Of a stretch of DNA of 64,000 bases, positions 54,406 to 64,000 are shown piece by piece. Within the stretch, counting starts at the first letter, position 1, and each line of letters starts with the position of its first letter. The stretch covers positions 1,182,267 through 1,246,266 of the forward strand of contig MU058650.1 of NCBI GenBank assembly GCA_013265495.1, read 5' to 3'. Position numbers and translations under genes: made by a program. Source of the stretch: Vicugna vicugna. Its lineage: Eukaryota. Below the pieces are notes generated by a model. The model saw nothing but the letters and a program-made list of their open reading frames with translations, did not search any database and was not told the origin of the DNA.

Positions 54406-57400
54406 TAAAAACTGATGATGGAGTTAAAGCAAGGATACTTTTTAACATGAAAGATGCTTTTTGTTGCGGGACACAAGGTGGGCCAGTGGGTGTGGGCGGT
54501 AAAGGATTTACCAAAGACCGAGGGGGTTTAAGAACACAGGGAGGTTTACTAGATACACTGTTACAGGCAACAGCAGAACACACAGATAGAGGTGCCTGGG
54601 TGAGCACCCAGGGTGAACGTGCAGGGGCTTTTACTGGGGGGAGGGGGTGTGCACACGAGGAGCAGGGGCTGCATGATCAACTCCTGCACAGGCACCTGAT
54701 TGGTTGTAAGATCTGTCAGGAGCACTCTGAACAATGAGGGCAGGATGTGCTGTGAGACCTGTCCAACGAGGGTATAGTCAGGCTATTTCCTAGGGTGGTT
54801 AGTTCTGTTAGGGTGAAAACACAAATCAAGGGAAGATGTTTTTATCTTGCAGAAATGCAGGTGTGCGAAGGGTCCTGCAGTGGGGAGTTGGGGTTAAGGT
54901 GTCAGTCGGCTCCAGGCACATGGAGAGCCCAGCAGTGGGCTTTTTTATGAACTTGGGAGCAGCTTCAGAGAGCGCCAGCCAGCTCCACACTTGTGAACAC
55001 GTTTTTTATGCGGATGGGAATAAAATAGGAGAGGAGGGGAAACGATGATACAAAAGAGGTGGGGAATGGCTGAAGGAAGGAAGTTTTGAGATGGGATCCA
55101 GAACACAAGTGGAAGTACTGGGCTGGAGGAGGGGCCTGGCCAACAGTACAATAAGACAGAGGGATTAAAAGATGGAGGGACAGAAGTTTGAAGATTTCAT
55201 GGGAGAAGAAAAGAAAGATGCCATTTATTTCTGTGATGAAGTATGGATGGAGTACCCCACTGAGGTGCGGGGAGGGGAGTAAGTGATTATGAGATGAAGC
55301 AGGTGCACTAGGGAAGGAGCGGAAGGGCAGGCCCACCAGAGGGAAGCAGGACAGGACTGTGGGGTAGCGTCAGGTTCCCACGTGAGGTCTGGTGTGAGTT
55401 TAGGGAGAAACCACTCAACCTGGTTTTGCGCTTTTCTCTAGCAGCGTTCAGCTACTCGGGTGTGGGTACAAAGAAGATAAAGAGGGTCTATTTAAGGCTG
55501 TGATTTTATTACTTACAAATGATGGAGGAGAAAAAGGGTAGGCTGTCGCAGGTATTTCCAAGAGAGTGATTATGGAACATGTCCAAATTGGACTGTGGGA
55601 GCTTCACTCCTGATCTTGACCCCTGGATGGAAATCTTAGGTTCTCTGGTGGGGATCTCACTGCCTTACCTCTCCATCTCTCAGCCCCCGCATCTTGTCCA
55701 GGGCCCCACTTGCTGGAGATGGGAGTGGAGGTTAAGAGTGTTTGGGGCCCTGGAGGAGGGAGCCACCCGAATAGAGTGGTCTGGCAGGCTGAGCAGACGT
55801 AAGGTACAGGGGACTGCCTTACAGAAGACAATGTACCTCCGAGATACCCTCTCCCAAGGAAGACAGCTAACACACCCATCAGCACCGGCAGTGGGTGGCA
55901 CCTCCAGCCCAGCAAAGGGGAGTCTTCTGGTTGAGGAATAGGATAGAAATTGCTATAGGGACACAGCTAGACTCCAGGAACGGTTAGGCTCAGGGCTGGC
56001 TCTGTGGGGCTGTCTTCCCGGTGCCAGGCAGCGGTGCCGTCTTTCAAGGGGAGCTCTTTTTTCTTCCAGAAGTCTAGGAAGCCCTGAGAGCCATCCTCCT
56101 CCCTCTCCCACTCCAAAATCTTGAAAACCCCTGATGCCCCACTGGTTTTTCATCAGTTCTTTAATTAACAGTTTATTGATTAAATTTTACATACTCCCTT
56201 CATATGCACAAAAGCTTCGGTTTCTTGCTTCTTACAAATGAAAAACGTTAGCTTTACAGCTATCGTGTTTAAAATGGGCCTTTCAGAGCACACAATTTTG
56301 GAAGCAACTATCCCAAACATCCTGGAAGCCTCAGGTGCTTTAGGGCCTGCCAGTAATTGGATTTCTATAAGAAAGTGTGAAAAAAAATAAGCACAAATAT
56401 ATTTTTCAGTGATTTACATCATACAGCTGAGTGGAAAAAAAGATGTTAAAGAGCATAAGCAGTGTGCCATCATTTGTGGGGAGAGAAAAAAATACACACA
56501 TAAATAGGGCATCTACGCACAGAATGTCCTCAGGATGCGCAAGGACTTTGTAATCGTAGTTGTCTCTGCGTAAGAGACAATGGGTGCCTGGGGGAAAGTG
56601 GAGGAAGGGGGACTATCAAAAAAATGCCCACAGCATTTAATTATGAAAATTTCAAACATATAGACAAGTTGAAAGATTTTACATAGAGAACACTAGTAAA
56701 CCCACCCCTAGACTCTGTTATTAATATTTTACTATATTTGCTTTGCAACCATCAATCCATCTTTTGATACATTTCAAAGCAAAATAATAATCATAACTTC
56801 ATTTATCCCTAAATTCTTCAGCATGAAGATCATTAGCTACATTCAGATTTTGTTTACTATTTTTTTCTTTTGAATGAGATGCAAAAACCTTAAGGGTACA
56901 CTGGCTGAGTTCTGGCAAATGCATACACCTGAATAAGCCAAATCCCTACCCCAATGCAGAACATCACATTACCCCAGAAAGGGGGAGGGGAGGCCTACTT
57001 TTAACTGTATCCCTTTTAGCACCTTCTGGATTTTGTATCGTGAGCTTGTGTTCTCTATCTTTAAATAAATATGTAAGCATTTTAAATTTTTAAATATTTC
57101 AATGATGATGGGTCATTGAATCTAAACTGGATGAGGAAGAAAGTGAAAACAGGAGGGGAAGAGAGATCATAAGGAATTGGTGGGGGTCAATGAAACGGAG
57201 AATTCATTTGAGTCAGACTTTTGTGAGCAGTGATGTTGCCAGAACAAGCGAGTTAGGAGAATGGACTGTCTTGTTAAACAGTGGGATATTTTAAACCCAG
57301 TTTTCAGAAGTAGTCATAAGGTTCAGAGCATGCTCATAGGAATAGTACTATCATAAGATAGTAGTCCCCCTCCAAACCGTACACTCTGAAAGGCACACTG

Positions 57401-58059
57401 TGCCTTTCCCTCGCAGTATTGATCACAACTCCAATCAGGCAACGTGTGATCGGGGTAACTAGGCTTAATATCCGGCTCTCTTACTAGACCATAAACTCCA
57501 AGAGGGCAGAGGTCTTGTCTGTCTCACTTAATCCTGTATTTCCAGTGCCTCGTACATACTAGATACTCAAACAGGTATTAAATACTTAATTGGATTCTTT
57601 AAGCTGGATGATTAATGTACGGATTCAATCGTTACATCACAGTTTGTCACCTAACTCTTTTTACAGTACAGAAGGTTGGCTATAATTCAATCAACTTACA
57701 CTTTAAGCAGCAGAGTCGGACTAGGGTTGAAGACACCCCAGTTTCACTGGAAAAGGGAACTGTAATTATATACAAAGTTTGTTCTGGACAAGGACCTTTC
57801 CTTGACCTAGCTGTGACCTTAGCCAGAGAGAAGCCTCCATTTTCTCATCTGAAGAACAAAGGTGACCTCTAAGAGTCATGCCTATGTGGACATTCTGCCA
57901 GGACATGACAGGCCTAGTGGCTCTGAATCCTTGTCCTACCATGGAGTCACTGTTTAATCATGCCTAGATTACTCTCCAAGAAATCACGGTAAACTATGGG
58001 GCACCTACGTGGTATGACTGGGTTGATTTAATGAGGCAATACAAAAACCTTCTATAAAT

Positions 58060-58480
58060 TACCTCTCTCCTTCTATTCTCCACACAGCAGTCAGAATGAT
58101 CACGTTGAAATGGGAGTCTGATCACTCCATTCCCCTATTCAAAAGCCTGCAATGATTGCCCATCTCACTTAGAATAAAAGCCAGTCTTTCCAGTGGTCCA
58201 CAAGGCCCTATATGGCCTTATGCTGGCCTTATTCTCTTTGCTCTGAACACACCAACTTCCCACTGCTCCTCTGACCCGTGGGCGACTCCCCACCTGTAAT
58301 GCCCCCATACCTGGAATGCTCTCCTCCCACATATGTCCTGACCGCCTCCCTCGCTTCCTTGAAGCCTTTGCTCAAATGCCATCTTCTCAGTGAGATCTGC
58401 TTCGATCCCTCTATTTAAAATTGCAAACTTCATCCCCCTTCCCTGCTTTACTCTGTAGCTCTTATTTATTTCTGCCATAT
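58060..58480. mobile_element. L2 fragment
   Basis: CTCCACACAGCAGTCAGAATGATC...CCCATCTCACTTAGAATAAAA...CCTGGAATGCTCTCC. Confidence 0.7.
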
Positions 58481-58979
58481 TATGAATGTGTGAATGAATA
58501 TTGTTTGGAAACATGTATAATACAACATCAAGTATACTGTGGGTTCTACATATAAATTATATTCTCTTTCTTTGGCCAGTGGTTTGGGGTCTAAAGGGAT
58601 TAAAGTTTAGGGGCTTGTGGTTTAGGTTTTTGTAGGATAATGTACGTTCAGGTAATCCAAGATTGATACTCATTACCTGAACAACCTCTTACAGATTATT
58701 TCAGGGCCAGGCACTCTTTTTCCCCATATCTACAATTACATTTTAGTTTACTTATAGCTTTTAATAACAGCATCACAGAGGTGTAATACACAATACAATA
58801 AGGTACACATTAAACTAGGAAATTTGGTAAGATTTGACATGTGTTTACTCCCATGAAACCATCACAACAACCAAGATAATGAACATACCCACCAACCTCA
58901 AGTTTCCTTGTGTCCCTTATGATCTCTCCATACTGCCCATCACCTGATAGGCAACCACTGACAAACTTTTTGTCATATA

Positions 58980-59725
58980 CAAATGCTAGAGAGGCTGTGG
59001 AGAATGGGGAACCCTCCTTCACTGCTGGTGGGAATGCAGTTTGGTGCAGCCACTGTGGAAAACAGTATGGAGATTCCTCAAAAGACTAGGAATAGACTTA
59101 CCAAATGACCCAGGAATCCCACTTCAAAAAGTTCCCAGAAGGAACCCTACTTCAAAAAGACACCTGCACCCCAATGTTCCTAGCAGCACTATTTACAATA
59201 GCCAAGACATGGAAACAGCCTAAATGTCCATCAACAGATGACTGGATACAGAAGATGTGGTATATTTAGACAGTGGAATACTATTCAGCCATAAAAAACG
59301 ACAACATAACGCCATTTGCAGTAACATGGATGCTCCTGGAGAATGTCATTCTAAGTGAAGTAAGCCAGAAAGAGAAAGAAAAATACCATATGAGATCACT
59401 CATATGTGGAATCTAAAAAAAAAAAAATACAAAACAGAAATAGACTCATAGACATAGAATACAAACTTGTGGTTGCCAAGGGGCAGGGGGGTGGGAAGAG
59501 ATAGGGAGTTCAAAATTTGTAGATATTGACAGGCATATGTAGAATAGATAAAGAAGATTATACTATATAGCACAGGGAAATATATATAGGATCTTGTGGC
59601 TCACAGCAAAAAAAATTGACAATGAATATATGTATGTTCATGAATAACTGAAAAATTGTGCTCTACACTGGAATTTGACACAACACTGTAAAATGAGTAT
59701 AAGTCAATAAAAAAAGTTAAAAAAA
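58980..59725 (+). mobile_element. Young L1 3' fragment nested in an older antisense L1
   Basis: [23 protein letters not shown]2 remnant, 3'UTR and A tail; TSD TTTTGTCATATA (58968-58979 and 59726-59737). Confidence 0.93.
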
Positions 59726-59989
59726 TTTTGTCATATAGACTGCCTTGCAATTCCAAGAACCTTACATAATTGAATCATAGAACAGTAATTTTTTTTTTGT
59801 CTGAGTTCTTCCACTTACCATCGTTACTGTAAGATTCACTCACGGGCCAGGCAGTCTTGAGTAGAAACAGTAATAGCTGACACCTCTGTGCATTCATCCA
59901 TCCCTGCATCAAGTATTTAGTGGGTGCCTTCTGTGCCAGCTCTTACTGAAGGCTCCTTTTTTGTAACAAGCATTTCACTCCGGCTAAGG

Positions 59990-60900
59990 CATTTCCCTGC
60001 ACCCCCAGGCGGGGGACGAGGGAAGACGGCCAGGCCCGCCAGCAGAGGGCGCGCTCCCGCCCTCTCCGCAGCCGCCCGGCCCCCCGAGGCGGCCCGGCTC
60101 CCACGCTCGCTCCCGAGCGCGCCCCCGCCTGCCGCGTCACGTGACGCGGCCGCCGACCCCGAGCCGCCGGGCCCGAAGCCGAGCTCAATTCGTTGCCGGC
60201 GGCCTCCGCGGGCGCAGCCGCACAGACTAGTCCGAAGCAGTGGGGAGGCCCGTGCTGGAGTCGATGCTTCCTCTTCCCGTTCGGGTCGGCTCCCGTTACC
60301 TCCTCACCATTCGCCGCTGCAGTCTCCCCGAGCGTTTGCGTGAGCTCTTTCGCGTGGGGAAGCTCCGCTGACCATGTAGGGGGAAAGGGCCAGGACGCGC
60401 CAGGTGCCTGGGACGAGGTCAGCGCCGCGGGCACGCCGTCCCGGCGCCCGCACATCCCCGGAGCGGCCCAGGTGGGGACTCCGGCCTGCATAGGCGGCCT
60501 GGGCGGCAGCGCCACGAAATCTCGCGGCGTCTCGCGAGAGTCTAAGTTGAAGGAACATGGCGACGTCTAATCTGTTAAAGGTAAGCCCCTCGGTCCGGCT
60601 TGCTTTCTGCTCCGGGGCCGCCTGGGTTCGGCCCTTAGGGAAAGGCTCGGGTTAGGTTCAGCGGCGTAGTGTGGGAGCGCTCGGGGCTTGTCTGCCGGAA
60701 GGGGAGCCGGGGAGGCTGCCGCCGCGGGCCGGAGCGCGCGGGTCTCCGGCCTTGGGGTCGGGAGGCCGCTGGGCCGGCGGGCTCGAGGCCCGGCCGGGGG
60801 CTGGCGGGGAGCGGGGCTTCCCCGGGGCCGGCGTCGGCGGGGGCCGCGGAGAGGGGACGTCTGGGCGCCGGGCCGCCGGGCCGTTAGCCTTCTCAGGGTC
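59990..60900 (+). promoter_or_regulatory. CUL5: CUL5 CpG island promoter / 5'UTR
   Basis: Very high GC/CpG; GTCACGTGAC E-box (60136-60145); TCTCGCGAGA motif (60530-60539); GC boxes. Confidence 0.88.
60557..60580 (+). CDS. CUL5: Cullin-5, first coding exon (MATSNLLK)
   Basis: AAC ATG GCG ACG TCT AAT CTG TTA AAG|GTAAGC: strong Kozak, strong donor, matches the known CUL5 N-terminus. RAB39A followed by CUL5 is the conserved mammalian gene order. Confidence 0.93.
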
Positions 60901-61356
60901 CCCGTTTCTTCTGAAGAGACAGTCTAAGAAGCGTGGAAGGAAAATCCAGGCAAATGCTGCCTAACAGGTTTTAATAACCCCCCCGCCCCCATGTCTGTTC
61001 TCCTCGTTCTGTCTGCTCGAAATTCCGAGTCAGACAGCGGTGCCTTCCGCCCCACTCCCTCCGTTTTCTGCATGCTATACCTTCCCCCCTATTCGCCTTT
61101 TTTGGAGTTCATATTTTACCCGTTTTTCCCCTTAGGAAACGGTCCCTCCACCCCATTAGAGCACACAGCCAGACTCCTGGGGAAGCACCTCTGTCGTTTC
61201 AGGGCTTAGGAAAGTTGCCTTATCAAAGGAGACGGTTCAAGTTAGTTCTAAATATTTGGGGTGCCAAGGAAGGTCTAGCTCAGAGGGGCAGAGTCTCTAC
61301 CACCAGTTAGAAAGGCTGGAAGAGAAGGAGGAAGACATGGTACTGGTTTCCTCTGT
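60719..61356 (+). repeat. Local duplication, copy 1 (638 bp)
   Basis: Near-identical to 62770-63416 by direct comparison. Confidence 0.95.
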
Positions 61357-61669
61357 GCTGTGTTTGTAGTAGGAACCTTTTGCCTTAAAAGTGTTAACTG
61401 AAATGGGGACAGTGATTAGCTCAAGAAACGTAAACACAGCGGATGAACTACTCTTTCAAACCTATGATGCCTTCAGGCAGTGTGAGTGAGTAATAGAAAA
61501 TATATAAAAATTTACTGTAACCCCGCTCATGTCTTCTTTAGACTACTAACATTAGCTGTCTAATAGATGGGACTGTCTTATAAAGTGTAGATCTAATTTT
61601 ACTAATTTAAGAGGCAATGTATCTTCTTTTAAAAGGGGAGAAACCTAGAACTAGACTGAATTTTTGCCT

Positions 61670-61850
61670 CTTAGAAGCTGTATGACATTGGGCAAGTTTC
61701 TAAACCTCTCTGTGCCTGAGTTTCCTCAACAATAGAAGGAAATTATCATTAGGAACCTATTTCGTAGGAGCATTGTGGAGATTGAGTTAATATATGTCAA
61801 ATCTTAAAAACAGCGACGGGCACTCAATTAGTACACAATATACATAAATT
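61670..61850. mobile_element. MIR SINE fragment
   Basis: GCTGTATGACATTGGGCAAGTTTCTAAACCTCTCTGTGCCTGAGTTTCCTCA, the MIR core. Confidence 0.75.
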
Positions 61851-62288
61851 ACTAGAGTTACTGGTGTTTCTCTAAGAAAAGAGATTCATGGAAATTGAGT
61901 AACCCACTCTACTCTTCCTTTATAACAGTATAGCAAAGTCCTAATATTAATTCAGAGGGAAAACTTGCTTAACTTCTGAAGACTCCTGTTAATGATCCGT
62001 GTATTTACATAAGCAATAGTGTAAGTTATTAATTGAGATGTGTTTAAGAAGCAATTGGATTCCTGATTCTTTGTGAATTTTTGACTTGTTGATTACCTGG
62101 ATATAAAGCAAGGTCTTCTTTCCCCCTCAGGTTTCTCTCTCAGAAAAGAGCGAGTCACTTTATTCTACTCCATACAAAGGATTGTTTGGGGGAGATATAA
62201 GTCTGAAGCTACTTCAGTCAATACTATAGAGTGGTTATGTTGTAGAGATTATGAATCAACGTTTACAACACACACCTACCTACAGAAT

Positions 62289-62540
62289 GAAAAAACTGCC
62301 CGAATGTGTATAAATAGGCACTTAGGACTCGGGTTAAAAAGATCACTAGAATTCAAAAAGTTCTGTAACTTAAACTACTTAATGAAAGGAAAGTGATAAT
62401 TCTTTGACAGAACTAGAAAAAACTGCCCGGATGTGTATAAATAGGCACTTAGACTCAGGTTAAAAAGGTCACTAGAATTCAAAAAGTTCTGTAACTTAAG
62501 CTACTTAATAAAAGGAAAGTGATAATTCTTTGACAGAACT
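62289..62540 (+). repeat. Tandem duplication, 2 x ~126 bp
   Basis: GAAAAAACTGCCC...CTTTGACAGAACT at 62289-62414 and 62416-62540; about 5 substitutions and 1 indel. Confidence 0.93.
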
Positions 62541-62769
62541 GGTAAATGACTCAGTCACTCAAGTGAGCATGAAGAGATGCCATAGATACCCTGGAAAAAT
62601 TTAATGAAATGTTGAAAAGGGGGAAAAAGAATTTCTAAATACTATTTTGTATAGTATATGATGTTTAAATATGTGTAATGTAATAAAAGGGATATTATGA
62701 GTAGACATTTGATTCTTTCATCTGTGTCACCAGAAGTTTACATATTGGCCAGAAAACTTTTTTTTTCCA

Positions 62770-63416
62770 CCGCCGCGGGCCGGAGCGCGCGGGTCTCCGG
62801 CCTTGGGGTCGGGAGGCCGCTGGGCCGGCGGGCTCGAGGCCCGGCCGGGGGCTGGCGGGGAGCGGGGCTTCCCCGGGGCCGGCGCCGGCGGGGGCCGCGG
62901 AGAGGGGACGTCTGGGCGCCGGGCCGCCGGGCCGCCGGGCCGTTAGCCTTCTCAGGGTCCCCGTTTCTTCTGAAGAGACAGTCTAAGAAGCGTGGAAGGA
63001 AAATCCAGGCAAATGCTGCCTAACAGGTTTTAATAACCCCCCCGCCCCCATGTCTGTTCTCCTCGTTCTGTCTGCTCGAAATTCCGAGTCAGACAGCGGT
63101 GCCTTCCGCCCCACTCCCTCCGTTTTCTGCATGCTATACCTTCCCCCCTATTCGCCTTTTTTGGAGTTCATGTTTTACCCGTTTTTCCCCTTAGGAAACG
63201 GTCCCTCCACCCCATTAGAGCACACAGCCAGACTCCTGGGGAAGCACCTCTGTCGTTTCAGGGCTTAGGAAAGTTGCCTTATCAAAGGAGACGGTCCAAG
63301 TTAGTTCTAAATATTTGGGGTGCCAAGGAAGGTCTAGGCCCAGAGGGGCAGAGTCTCTACCACCAGTTACAAAGGCTGGAAGAGAAGGAGGAAGACATGG
63401 TACTGGTTTCCTCTGT
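62770..63416 (+). repeat. Local duplication, copy 2 (647 bp)
   Basis: Matches 60719-61356 with about 5 substitutions, an extra 8-bp GGGCCGCC unit and a 1-bp indel. Confidence 0.95.
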
Positions 63417-64000
63417 AATTTGGAGGGGTAGCTAGTATGTTATGAGAGAGAACGAGATTCATGCCTGTGATCTGAGACTTACTAGTTGCATAAAAACCAA
63501 TAAATCCAATGCAATAAAAACCACCTACTTTTTTTTTAATACTGGAATTTGATTGTAATAATAATTGTATTCACTACTTAAAGCAAGTGGACTGTTGCTG
63601 GATTTTGGAAATCTGTTGGGTATACAAAGACTTGGGTTGTACGTTTTGAGATACTCAGTGATCAGTTGCTTGGTGGGTTTATAGCTCCCAAAACCTTTCA
63701 GTCTTACTACTTTAAGTTTGTTGTTTTAACATGTAATTCTACTTGTTCCTTTACTTTTGCTGTTGCTATCTAGGCTCATTTTCTTCATTTCCAGCTGACT
63801 ATCCTATTCCAAATAGCAGTTGTTTAAATCTTACTTTTTTAAGCCTAACAAATTGTTCAGACTAATTCTTAGCATATTACTTAATCGCGCTATTTAAATG
63901 CTCTTAAGTTCCTTGGCCAGTACTACAACTTTCTCTGGTTTGCTGAATATTCTCTTCTCAAGGCACCTGTTACACTGCCTCCTTCCGTTTGTTCAGCCTT

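Larger units (their letters stand above)
60581..64000 (+). other. CUL5: CUL5 intron 1 (partial, runs off window)
   Basis: Starts at GTAAGC donor; no exon 2 (expected NKGSLQFEDK...) seen before the window end. Confidence 0.85.

Noticed and set aside
59924..60964. Multiple 70-190 aa ORFs in the CUL5 CpG island
   Set aside because: GC-driven chance ORFs, mostly non-ATG starts, no recognisable domain.

Overview
Mammalian (very probably camelid) genomic DNA. It contains the complete two-exon RAB39A gene (+ strand; CDS 10511-10737 joined to 35877-36303, 217 aa; ~25 kb intron) and, ~24 kb downstream, the CpG-island promoter, 5'UTR and first coding exon (MATSNLLK, 60557-60580) of CUL5 plus the start of its intron 1. 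Most of the rest is transposable-element derived: ten tRNA-Ala-derived Vic-1-like SINEs, four young L1 3' fragments, and older L1, L2, MIR, MaLR/ERV LTR and DNA-transposon relics. Other track ORFs are L1 ORF2 remnants or chance/GC-rich ORFs. I see no new protein-coding system. The most notable unexplained structures are: a near-identical ~640-bp non-tandem copy of the CUL5 CpG-island tail 1.4 kb downstream; two independent L1 insertions sharing the same 5' breakpoint; an L1 3' transduction; a uORF plus start-stop element in the CUL5 leader; a perfect 20-bp CLEAR/E-box palindrome; and a canonical G-quadruplex just before the RAB39A ATG. Old-repeat family names and boundaries are from recognition by eye and are approximate.
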